Origin: Squalus acanthias
Taxonomy: Eukaryota
Length of the DNA: 64,000 nt
NCBI GenBank assembly: GCA_030390025.1
Contig: JASTWF010000033.1
Span: 3,722,001 to 3,786,000 of the forward strand
Reading direction: 5' to 3'
The notes beneath the pieces were generated by a model, which made no database searches, was not told the origin of the DNA, and was given only the letters and a program-made list of their open reading frames with translations. The translations under genes were made by a program, and so were the position numbers. Below are positions 40,601 to 51,514 of this stretch, piece after piece. The stretch's first letter is position 1. The number at the start of each line of letters is the position of its first letter.

Positions 40601-43600
40601 GTTTGACCGGTCCTGGGGTTTTGACCAGTCCCGGGGGTTTGACCAGTCCCGGGGGTTTGACCAGTTCAGGGGGTTTGACCGGTCCCGAGGGATGGACCGG
40701 TCCCGGTGGTTTGACCAGACCCGGGGTTTTGACAAGTCCCGGGGGTTTGACCAGTCCCGGGGGTTTGACCAGTCCCGGAGGTTTGACCAGTCCCGGGGGT
40801 TTGACCAGTCCCGGGGGTTTGACCGGTCCCGAGGGATGGACCGGTTCCGGGGTTTTGACCGGTCCCGGGGGATTGACCAATCCCGGGCGTTTGACCAGTC
40901 CTGGGGGGTTTGACCGGTCCCAGGGGTTTGACCGGTCCAGGGGGTTTGACCAATCCTGGGGGTGTGACCTGTCCCAGGGGTGTGACCGGTCCAGGGGGTT
41001 TGACCGGTCCCGGGGGGTTTGAACGGTCCCGGGGTATAACCGGTCCCGGGGGGTTGACCAGTCCCGGGGGTTTGACTGGTCCCAGGGGGTTTGACCAATC
41101 CCAGGGGTTTGACCAGTCCCAGTGGATTGACCAGTCCCGGGTGTTTGACCGGTCCCGGGGGTGTGACCAGTCCTGGGGGTTTGACCGGTCCCGGGGGATT
41201 GACCAGTCCTGGAGGTTTGACGGGTCCTGGGTGGTTTGACCAGTCCCGGGGGTGTGACCAGTCCCGGGGTTTTGATGGGTCCTGTGGGGTTAGACAAGTC
41301 CCGGCTGTTTGACCGGTCCCGGGGTTTTGACCAGTCCCGGGGGTTTGACCAGTCCCGGGGTTTTGACCAGTTCAGGGGGTTTGACCGGTCCCGAGGGATG
41401 GACCAGTCCCATGGGGTTTGACCAGACCCGGGGATTTACCCAGTCCCGGGTGTTTGACCAGTCCCGGGGGTTTGACCAGTCCCGGGGGTTTGAACAGTCC
41501 CGGGGGTTTGAACAGTCCCGGGGGTTTGACCGGTCCCGAAGGATGGACCGGTCCCGGGGTTTTGACCGGTCCCGGGGGTTTGACCAGTCCCGGGCGTTTG
41601 ACCAGTCCCGGGTGTTTGACCTGCCCCGGGGGATTGACCAGTCCCGGAGGTTTGACGTGTCCTGGGGGGTTTGACCAGTCCCGGACGTGTGACCAGTCCC
41701 GGGTTTTTGACCTGTCCCGGGGTTTTGACCTGTCCCGGGGGTTTGACCTGTCCCGGGGGTTTGACCTGTCCTGGGGGTTTGACCAGTCCCGGGTGTTTGA
41801 CTTGTCCCGAGGGATGGACCGGTCCCGGTGGTTTGACCAGACCCGGGGTTTTGACAAGTCCCGGGGGTTTGACCAGTCCCGGGGGTTTGACCAGTCCCGG
41901 AGGTTTGACCAGTCCCGGGGGTTTGACCAGTCCCGGGGGTTTGACCGGTCCCGAGGGATGGACCGGTTCCGGGGTTTTGACCGGTCCCGGGGGAGTGACC
42001 AATCCCGGGCGTTTGACCAGTCCTGGGGGTTTTGACCGATCTCAGGGGTTTGACCGGTCCAGGGGGTTTGACCAATCCTGGGGGTGTGACCTGTCCCAGG
42101 GGTGTGACTGGTCCAGGGGGTTTGACCGGTCCCGGGGGGTTTGAACGGTCCCGGGGTATAACCGGTCCCGGGGGGTTGACCAGTCCCGGGGGTTTGACTG
42201 GTCCCAGGGGGTTTGACCAATCCCAGGGGTTTGACCAGTCCCAGTGGATTGACCAGTCCCGGGTGTTTGACCGGTCCCGGGGGTGTGACCAGTCCTGGGG
42301 ATTTGACCAGTCCCGGGGGTTTGACCGGTCCCGGGGGTTTGACCGGTCCCGGGGGTTTGACCGGTCCCGGGGGTTTGACCAGTCCCGGGGGTTTGACCTG
42401 TCCCGGGGGTGTGTCCATTCCCGGAGTTTTGTCGGGTCCTGGGGGGTTTGATCAGTCCCGGGTGTTTGACCGGTCCCGGGGGTAAGCCAGTCCCGGGGGT
42501 TTGACCAGTCCCAGGGGATGGACCGGTCCCGGGGGATTGACCGGTCCCGGGGTTGTGACCAGACCCGGGGTTTTGACCTGTCCCAGGGGTTTGACCAGTC
42601 CCGGGGTTGTGACCAGTCCCGGGGTTTTGACCTGTCCCGGGGGTTTGACCTGTCCCGCGGGTGTGACCCTCCGGGGGGTTTGACCAGTCCCGGTGGTTTG
42701 ACCTGTCCTGGGGGTGTGACCGGTCCCAGGGGTTTGACCAGTCCCGGGGGTTTGACCAGTCCCGGGGGTTTGACCAGTCCCGGGTGTTTGACCGGTCCCG
42801 GGGGTAAGCCAGTCCCGGGGGTTTGACCAGTCCCAGGGGATGGACCGGTCCCGGGGGATTGACCGGTCCCGGGGTTGTGACCAGACCCGGGGTTTTGACC
42901 TGTCCCAGGGGTTTGACCAGTCCCGGGGTTGTGACCAGTCCCGGGGTTTTGACCTGTCCCGGGGGTTTGACCTGTCCCGCGGGTGTGACCCTCCGGGGGG
43001 TTTGACCAGTCCCGGTGGTTTGACCTGTCCTGGGGGTGTGACCGGTCCCAGGGGTTTGACCAGTCCCGGGGGTTTGACCAGTCCCGGGGGTTTGACCAGT
43101 CCCGGGGGTTTGACCAGTCCCGGGGGTTTGACCTGTCCCGGGGGTGTGACCATTCCCGGCGGTTTGTCGGGTCCTGGGGGATTTGATCAGTCCCGGGTGT
43201 TTGACCGGTCCCGGGGGTTAGACCAGTCCCGGTGGTTTGACCAGTCCCAGGGGATGGACCGGTCCCGGGGGATTGACCGGTCCCGGGGTTTGACCGGTCC
43301 CGGGGGATTGATCAGTCCCGGAGATTTGACGGGTCCTTGGGGGTTTGACCTGTCCCGGGAGTTTGACCTGTCCCGGGTGTTTGATATTTCTCGGGGGTGT
43401 GACCTGTCCCGGGTGTTTGACCAGTCCCGGTGGTTTGACCTGTCCCGGGGTTTTGACCAGTCCCGGGGGTTTGACCAGTCCCGGGGGTGTGACCAGTCCC
43501 GGGGGTTCGACCGTTCCCCGGTTGTTTGACCAGTCCAGAGGGTTTGACCGGTCCCGGGGGTTTTGCCAGTCCCAGGGGATTGACCAGTCCCGGGGGTTTG

Positions 43601-46600
43601 ACCAGTCCCGGGGCTGTGACCTGTCCCGGGGGTGTGACCAGTCCCGGGGGTTTGACCTGTCCCGGGGGTGTGACCTGTCCCCGGGGTTTGACCAGTCCCG
43701 GGGTTTTGACCGGTCCAGGGGGTTTGACCAATCGGGGGTTTTGACCAGTCCCGGGGTTTTGACCAGTCTCGGGGGTGTTACCAGTCCCGGGGGTTTAAAC
43801 TGTCCTGCGGTTTAGACCAGTCCCGGGGTTTTGACCAGTCCAGGGGTTTGACCAGCCCCGGATGTTTGACCATTCCTGGGGGTTTGACCTGTCCCGGGGG
43901 TTTGACCGGTCCTGGCGGTTTGACCGGTCCCAGGGGTTTGACCAGTCCGGGGGGATTAACCAGTCCCGGGGGTTTGACCTGTCCCGGGGGTGTGACCTGT
44001 CCCGGGGGTGTGACCAGTCCCCGGGGTGTGACCTGTCCCGGGGGTTTGACCTGTCCCGGGGGTTTGACCTGTCCCGGGGGTGTGACCTGTCCCGGGAGTG
44101 TGACCAGTCCTGGGGATTTGACCAGTCCCGGGGGTTTGACCGGTCCCGGGGGTTTGACCAGTCCCGGGGGTTTGACCGGTCCCGGGGTTTTGACCGGTCC
44201 TGGGGGTTTGACCAGTCCCGGGGTTTTAACAGTCCCGGGGGTTTGACCTGTCCCGGGGGTGTGTCCATTCCCGGAGTTTTGTCGGGTCCTGGGGGGTTTG
44301 ATCAGTCCCGGGTGTTTGACCGGTCCCGGGGGTAAGCCAGTCCCGGGGGTTTGACCAGTCCCAGGGGATGGACCGGTCCTGGGGGATTGACCGGTCCCGG
44401 GGGTTTGACCGGTCCCGGAGGTTTGACCGGTCCCGGGGGATTGATCAGTACCGGAGGTTTGAGGGGTACTTGGGTGTTTGACCTGTCCCGGGGGTTTGAC
44501 CTGTCCTGGTGGTGTGACCGGTCCCGGGGTTGTGACCAGACCCGGGGTTTTGACCGTTCCCGGGGGTTTGACCTGTCCCGGGGGTGTGACCCTCCCGGGG
44601 GTTTGACCAGTCCCGGTGGTTTGACCAGTCCTGGGGGTGTGACCGGTCCCAGGGGTTTGACCAGTCCCGGGGGTTTGACCAGTCCCGTGGGTTTGACCAG
44701 TCCCGGGGGTTTGACCAGTCCCGGGGGTTTGACCTCTCCCGGGGGTGTGACCATTCCCGGCGGTTTGTCGGGTCCTGGGGGATTTGATCAGTCCCGGGTG
44801 TTTGACCGGTCCCGGGGGTTAGACCAGTCCCGGTGGTTTGAACAGTCCCAGGGGATGGACCGGTCCCGGGGGATTGACCGGTCCCGGGGTTTGACCGGTC
44901 CCGGGGGTTTGACCAGTCCCGGGCGTTTGACCAGTCCCGAGTGTTTGACCTGCCCCGGGGGATTGACCAGTCCCGGAGGTTTGACGTGTCCTGGGGGGTT
45001 TGACCAGTCCCGGACGTGTGACCAGTCCCGGGTTTTTGACCTGTCCCGGGGTTTTGACCTGTCCCGGTGGTTTGACCTGTCCCGGGGGTTTGACCTGTCC
45101 TGGGGGTTTGACCAGTCCCGGGTGTTTGACTTGTCCCGGGGGTTTGAACTGTCCCGGGGGTTTGACCTGTCCCGGGGGTTTGACCAGTCCCGGTGGTTTG
45201 ACCTGTCCTGGGGGTTTGACCAGTCCCGGGTGTTTGACCTGTCCTGGGGATTTGACCAGTCCCGGGGGTTTGACCGGTTCCGGGGGTTTGACCGGTCCCG
45301 GGGGTTTGACCGGTCCCGGGGGTTTGACCTGGCCCGGGGGTTTGACCGGTCCCAGGGGTTTGACCGGTCCTGGGGGTTTGACCAGTCCCGGGGGTTTGAC
45401 CAGTCCCGGGGGTTTGACCTGTCCCGGGGGTGTGTCCATTCCCGGAGGTTTGTCGGGTCCTGGGGGGTTTGATCAGTCCCGGGTGTTTGACCGGTCCCGG
45501 GGGTAAGCCAGTCCCGGGGGTTTGACCAGTCCCAGGGGATGGACCGGTCCCGGGGGATTGACCGGTCCCGGGGGTTTGACCGGTCCCGGGGGTTTGACCG
45601 GTCCCGGGGGATTGATCAGTACCGGAGGTTTGACGGAATTGGGGGTTTGACCAGTCCCGGGGATGTGACCAGTCCCGGGGGTTTGACCTGTCCCAGGGGT
45701 TTGACCTGTCCTGGTGGTGTGACCGGTCCCGGGGTTGTGACCAGACCCGGGGTTTTGACCTGTCCCGGGGGTATGACCAGTCCCGGGGTTGTGACCAGTC
45801 CCGGGGTTTTGACCTGTCCCGGGGGTTTGACCTGTCCCGGGGGTGTGACCCTCCTGGGGGTTTGACTAGTCCCGGTGGTTTGACCAGTCCCGGGGGTGTG
45901 ACCATTCCCGGCGGTTTGTCGGGTCCTGGGGGATTTGATCAGTCCCGGGTGTTTGACCGGTCCCGGGGGTTAGACCAGTCCCGGTGGTTTGACCAGTCCC
46001 AGGGGATGGACCGGTCCCGGGGGATTGACCGGTCCCGGGGTTTGACCGGTCCCGGGGGATTGATCAGTCCCGGAGGTTTGACGGGTCCTTGGGGGTTTGA
46101 CCTGTCCCGGGAGTTTGACCTTTCCCGGGTGTTTGAAATTTCTCGGGGGTGTGACCTGTCCCGGGGGTTTGACCAGTCCCGGTGGTTTGACCTGTCCCGG
46201 GGTTTTGACCAGTCCCGGGGGTTTGACCAGTCCCGGGGGTGTGACCAGTCCCGGGGGTTCGACCAGTCCCCGGGGGTTTGACCAGTCCCAGGGGATTGAC
46301 CAGTCCCGGGGGTTTGACCAGTCCCGGGGCTGTGACCTGTCCCGGGGGTGTGACCAGTCCCGGGGGTTTGTCCTGTCCCGGGGGTTTGACCTGTCCCGGG
46401 GGTTTGTCCTGTCCCGGGGGTTTAAACTGTCCTGCGGTTTAGACCAGTCCCGGGGGTTTGACCTGTCCCGGGGGTGTGACCAGTCCCGGGGGTTTGTCCT
46501 GTCCCGGGGGTGTGACCAGTCCCGGGGGTTTGTCCTGTCCCGGGGGTTTGACCTGTCCCGGGGGTTTGTCCTGTCCCGGGGGTTTAAACTGTCCTGCGGT

Positions 46601-48428
46601 TTAGACCAGTCCCGGGGGTTTGACCTGTCCCGGGGGTGTGACCTGTCCCGGGGGTTTGACCAGTCCCGGGGGTTTTGACCAGTCCCGGGCGTTTTGACCA
46701 GTCGGGGGTTTGACCAGTCCGGGGGTTTGACCAGTCCCGGGGGTTTGACCTGTCCCGGGGGTGTGACCAGTCCCGGGGGTTTGACCAGTCCCGGGGTTTA
46801 GACCGTCCAGGGGGTTTGACCAATCGGGGGTTTGACCAGTCCCGGGGGTTTGACCAGTCCCGGGGGTTTGTCCTGTCCCGGGGGTTTGACCAGTCCCGGG
46901 GTTTTGACCGGTCCAGGGGGTTTGACCAATCGGGGTTTTGACCAGTCCAGGGGTTTGACCAGCCCCGGATGTTTGACCAGTCCTGGGGGTTTGACCTGTC
47001 CCGGGGGTTTGACCGGACTTGGCGGTTTGACCGGTCCCAGGGGTTTGACCAGTCCGGGGGGTTTGACCAGTCCCGGGGGTTTGACCTGTCCCGGGGGTGT
47101 GACCAGTCTCGGGAGTGTGAGCAGTTCCGGGGGTTTGACCTGTCCCGGGGGTGTGACCTGTCCCGGGGGTTTGACCTGTCCCGGGGGTTTGACCTGTCCC
47201 GGGGGTTTGACCTGTCCCGGGGGTGTGACCTGTCCCGGGGGTGTGACCAGTCCCGGGAGTGTGACCAGTCCTGGGGATTTGACCAGTCCCGGGGGTTTGA
47301 CCAGTCCCGGGGGTTTGACCGGTTCCGGGGGTTTGACCGGTCCTGGGGGTGTGACCAGTCTCGGGAGTGTGACGAGTCCGGGGGTTTGACCTGTCCCGGG
47401 GGTGTGACCTGTTCCGGGGGTGTGACCAGTCCCCGGGGTGTGACCTTTCCCGGGGGTTTGACCAGTCCTGGGGGTTAGAACATTCCCGGGGTATTGACCA
47501 GTCCAGGGATTTGACTGACCCCGGTCGTTTGACCAGTCCTGGGGGTGTGACCTGTCCCAGGGGTTTGACATGTCCAGGGGGTTTGACCGGTCCCTGAGGG
47601 TTGTCTGGTACCGGGGCTTTGACCGGTCCTGGGGTTTGTGGCAGCACCCAGGGGTTTGACCGGTCGCGGGGGGTTAGAACGGTCCCGGGGGTTTGACTGC
47701 TCCCAGGGGGTTTGACAAGTCCCGGGGTTTTGACCAGTCCCAGGGGATTGACCAGTCCCGGGGGTTTGACCGGTCCCGGGGGTGTGACCAGTCCCGGGGG
47801 TGTGACCAGTCCCGGGGGTTTGATGGGACCTGGGGGGTTTGAACAGTCCCGGGTGTTTGACCGGTCCCGGGGGTTTGAACAGCCCCGGGCGTTTGACCAG
47901 TCCCGGTGGTTTGACCGGTCCCAAGGGATGGACCCGTCCCGGGGATTTGACCGTGCCTGGGGGTTTGACCGTTCCCGGGGGATTGACCACTCCCAGAGGT
48001 TTGACGGGTCCTGGGGGGTTTGACCTGTCCCGGGGGTTTGACCTGTCCTGGGGTTGTGACCGGTCCCGGGGTTTGACCAGTCCCGGGGGTTTGACCAGTC
48101 CCGGGGGTTTAACCAGTCCCGGGGGTTTGACCTGTCCCGGGGGTGTGACCTGTCCTGGGGGTTTGACCAGTCCCGGGTGTTTGACCTGTCCCGGGGGTTT
48201 GAATTTCCCGGGGGTTTGACCTGTCCCGGGGGTGTGACCAGTCCCGGTGGTTTGACCTGTCCTGGGGGTTTGAGCAGTCCCGGGTGTTTGACCTGTCCTG
48301 GGGGTTTGACCAGTCCCGGGGGATTGACCGGTTCCGGGGGTTTGACCGGTCCCGGGGGTTTGACCAGTCCTGGGGATTTGACCAGTCCCGGGGGTTTGAC
48401 CGGTCCCGGGGTTTTGACCAGTCCCGGG

Positions 48429-48433
48429 GGTTT
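48429..48433 (+). other. Probable target-site duplication GGTTT, left copy (right copy 53027-53031)
   Basis: The left flank ends ...GGGGGTTT and the right flank starts GGTTT-GACC. Removing the element and one GGTTT restores monomer phase. Confidence 0.7.
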
Positions 48434-48530
48434 ATAAACATAGAAACATAGAAAATAGGTACAGGAGTAGACCATTCGATCCTTCGAGCCTGCACCGCCA
48501 TTCAATGCGTTCATGGCTGTACATGCTACC
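48434..48530 (-). other. CR1 3' UTR with stem-loop and octamer tail (CTATGTTT)2
   Basis: Plus strand AAACATAG twice at 48436-48451. On the element RNA, GGUGCAGG (48496-48489) can pair with CCUGUACC (48465-48458) as an 8-bp stem with one G-U. A hairpin plus 8-bp repeat is the established CR1 3' end. Confidence 0.85.
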
Positions 48531-51467
48531 TCAGTACTCCATTCCTGCTTTCTCGCCATACCCCTTGATCCCCTTAGTTGTGAGTGCTATATCTAACTCC
48601 CTTTTGACTATATTTAGCGAACTGGCCTCAACAACCTTCTGTCGAAGAGAATTCCATAGATTCACCACTCTCTGGGTGAAGAAGTTCCTCCTCAGCTCAG
48701 TCCTAAATGGCTTCCCCTTAATCCTTAGACTGTGACCCCTGGTTCTAGTTTTCCCTACCATTGGGAACATTCTGCCCGCATCTAATTTGTCTAAACCAGT
48801 CAGGATTTTAAATGTCTCTATAAGATCCCCCCTCATTCTTCTGAACTCCAGAGGATACAAGTTCAGTTGACCCAATCTTTCTTGATATGTCAGTCCGGCC
48901 ATCCCAGGAATCAATCTAGTGAACCTTCGCTGCACTCCCTCAATAGCAAGAATGTCCTTCCTTAAGTTAGGAGACCAAAACTGCGCACAATACTCCAGGT
49001 GTGGCCTCACCAAGGCCCTGTACAACTGTAGCATCACCTCCCTACTCCTGTACTCAAATCCCCTTGCTATGAAGGCCATCATTCCGTTTGCTTTCTTGAC
49101 TGCCTGCTGCACTTGCATTCCCACCTTCAGTGACTGATGTACCATGACGCCCAGGTCTCGTTGCACCTCCCCTTTCCCTAATCTGCCACCATTCAGGTAA
49201 TAGTCCGCCTCTCTATTTTTACCACCAAAGTGGATAACCTCACATTTATCCACATTGTACTTCATCTGCCATACATTTGCCCATTCACCCAACCTGTCCA
49301 AGTCACTCTGTAGCCTCCTAGCATCCTCCTCATTGTTCACACTGCCTCCCAATTTAGTGTCATCCGCAAATTTGGAGATATTACATTTAATCCCTTCGTC
49401 CAAATCATTAATATATAATGTAAACAGCTGGGGTCCCAGCACCGAACCCTGCGGTACCCCGCTGGTCACTGCCTGCCATTCTGAAAAGTACCCATTTACT
49501 CCTACTCTTTGTTTCCTGTGTGCCAACCAGTTCTCAATCCACGTCAACACATTACCCCCAATCCCATGTGCTTTAACTTTGCTCACCAATCTCTTGTGTG
49601 GGACCTTGTCGAAGGCCTTCTGAAAGTCCAAATACACCACATCTACTGGTTCCCCCCTGTCCACCCTATTGGAAACATCCTCAAAAAATTCCAGAAGATT
49701 TGTCAAGCATGATTTCCCTTTCACAAATCCATGCTGACTTGGACCTATCATGTCGCCACTTTCCAAATGGTCTGTTATGACATCTTTAATAATTGCTTCC
49801 ATCATTTTACCCACGACCGATGTCAGGCTGACCGGTCTATAATTCCCTGCTTTCTCCCTCCCTCCTTTTTTAAAAAGAGGTGTTACATTGGCCACCCTCC
49901 ACTCCATCGGAACTGATCCAGAGTCTAAGGAATGTTGGAAAATGATCGTCAATGCATTCACTATTTCCAAGGCCACCTCCTTAAGTACTCTGGGATGCAG
50001 ACCATCAGGCCCCGGGGATTTTTCAGCCTTCAGTCCCATCAATTTCCCCAATACCTTTTCCCGACTAATAAGGATTTCCCTCAGCTCCTCCCTCTTACCA
50101 GATCCTCTGACCCCTTTTATTTCCGGCAGGTTGTGTGTGTCCTCCACAGTAAACACCGAACCAAAGTACTTGTTCAATTGATCAGCCATTTCCTTGTTCC
50201 CCATTACGACTTCCCCTGTTTCCGACTGCAGGGGACCTACGTTTGTTTTTACTAACCTCTTTTTTTTAACATATTTATAGAAGCTTTTGCAGTCCATTTT
50301 AATGTTCTCTGCAAGCTTCCTTTCATATTTTATTTTCCCTGCCCTAATCAAACCCTTCGTCCTCCTCTGCTGAGTTTTGAAGTTCTCCCAGTCCCCGGGT
50401 TTGCTGCTACTTCTGGCCAATTTGTATGCAACTTCCTTGGTTTTTATACTATCCCTGATTTCCCTTGTTAGCCATGGTTGAGCCACCTTCCCTTTTTTAT
50501 TTTTACGCCAGACCGGGATGTACAATTGTTGTAGTTCATCCATGCGATCTCTAAATGTCTGCCATTGCCCTTCCACTGATAGCCCCTTAAATATCGCTTG
50601 CCAATTTAACCTCGCCAATTCACGCCTCATACCCTCAAAGTTGCCCTTATTTAAGTTCTGGACCATGGACTCTGACTTAACTGTTTCCTTCTCCATCCTA
50701 ATGTAGAACTCCACCATACTATGGTCACTCTTCCCCAGGGGGCCTCGTACCACAAGATTGCTGATTAGTCCCTCCTCATTACACAACACCCAGTCCAGGA
50801 TGGCCTCCCCTCGAGTTGGTTCCTCAACATATTGGTTTAGGAAACCATCCCTTAAACACTCCAGGAAATCCTCCTCCACCGTATTGCTTCCAGTTTGAGT
50901 AGCCCAATCTATATGCATATTAAAGTCACCCATGATAACTGCCGTGCCTTTTTTGCACGCACCTCTGATTTCCTGTTTCATGCCCTCCCCCACCTCACTA
51001 CTGCTGTTTGGAGGTCTGTACACAACTCCCACTAACGTTTTCGGCCCTTTGGTGTTCTGCAGCTTAACCCATATTGATTCCACATCCTCCAAGCTGATGT
51101 CCTTCATAGCTATTGCATTAATCTCCTCTATAACCAGCAATGCTACCCCACCCCCTTTTCCTTTTATTCTATCCTTTCTGAATGTTGAATACCCCTGGAT
51201 GTTCAGTTCCCAGCCTTGATTGTTCTGGAGCCACGTCTCTGTAATCCCAATCACATCGTATCCGTTAACATCTATTTGCACAGTCAATTCATCCACCTTA
51301 TTACGGATACTCCTTGCATTAAGACACAGAGCCTTTAGGCTTGTTTTATTGACATCCTTTGTCCTTTTAGACTTATGATTTAGTATGGCCCTTTGTGTTT
51401 CTTGCCTTTGTTTACTCGGCCTTCCCCTATTGTTTCTCACCCTTCTAACATTTGTTTCTGACTGCAT
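48531..51467 (-). CDS. CR1 ORF2: apurinic-like endonuclease plus reverse transcriptase (978 aa from first Met; frame open from 51539)
   Basis: APE motifs LNARS, ITETW, VYRPP, MGDFN, SDH. RT motifs KSPGPDG, NYRPVSLTS, QHGF, YLDFQKAFDKV, GVPQGSVLGP, FADD, RDLGV. No stops or frameshifts. Confidence 0.97.
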   Translation of the reverse strand: MQSETNVRRVRNNRGRPSKQRQETQRAILNHKSKRTKDVNKTSLKALCLNARSIRNKVDELTVQIDVNGYDVIGITETWLQNNQGWELNIQGYSTFRKDRIKGKGGGVALLVIEEINAIAMKDISLEDVESIWVKLQNTKGPKTLVGVVYRPPNSSSEVGEGMKQEIRGACKKGTAVIMGDFNMHIDWATQTGSNTVEEDFLECLRDGFLNQYVEEPTRGEAILDWVLCNEEGLISNLVVRGPLGKSDHSMVEFYIRMEKETVKSESMVQNLNKGNFEGMRRELARLNWQAIFKGLSVEGQWQTFRDRMDELQQLYIPVWRKNKKGKVAQPWLTREIRDSIKTKEVAYKLARSSSKPGDWENFKTQQRRTKGLIRAGKIKYERKLAENIKMDCKSFYKYVKKKRLVKTNVGPLQSETGEVVMGNKEMADQLNKYFGSVFTVEDTHNLPEIKGVRGSGKREELREILISREKVLGKLMGLKAEKSPGPDGLHPRVLKEVALEIVNALTIIFQHSLDSGSVPMEWRVANVTPLFKKGGREKAGNYRPVSLTSVVGKMMEAIIKDVITDHLESGDMIGPSQHGFVKGKSCLTNLLEFFEDVSNRVDRGEPVDVVYLDFQKAFDKVPHKRLVSKVKAHGIGGNVLTWIENWLAHRKQRVGVNGYFSEWQAVTSGVPQGSVLGPQLFTLYINDLDEGIKCNISKFADDTKLGGSVNNEEDARRLQSDLDRLGEWANVWQMKYNVDKCEVIHFGGKNREADYYLNGGRLGKGEVQRDLGVMVHQSLKVGMQVQQAVKKANGMMAFIARGFEYRSREVMLQLYRALVRPHLEYCAQFWSPNLRKDILAIEGVQRRFTRLIPGMAGLTYQERLGQLNLYPLEFRRMRGDLIETFKILTGLDKLDAGRMFPMVGKTRTRGHSLRIKGKPFRTELRRNFFTQRVVNLWNSLRQKVVEASSLNIVKRELDIALTTKGIKGYGEKAGMEY

Positions 51468-51514
51468 ATTACTTCCCCCTGTTTCGCTACATAGGTTCCC
51501 ATTCCCCTGCCATA

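Larger units (their letters stand above)
4752..48433 (+). repeat. 18-bp GC-rich tandem satellite, main segment with higher-order repeats
   Basis: Uninterrupted monomers, e.g. five perfect GACCAGTCCCGGGGGTTT units at 9111-9200. Variant monomers recur in conserved order. Confidence 0.98.

Noticed and set aside
27..48433. Hundreds of long ORFs with hexapeptide repeats (FDQSRG, LTSPGG, VKPPGL, SNPRDW, QTPGTG), up to 798 aa
   Set aside because: The 18-bp period is a multiple of 3 and five of six frames of the consensus lack stops. ORFs switch frame at 17- and 19-bp monomers, overlap on both strands and have no unique domain.
46601..48559. 652-aa ORF starting in the LINE 3' end and running into the satellite
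   Set aside because: An alternative frame of the ORF2 end and 3' UTR joined by chance to stop-free satellite.
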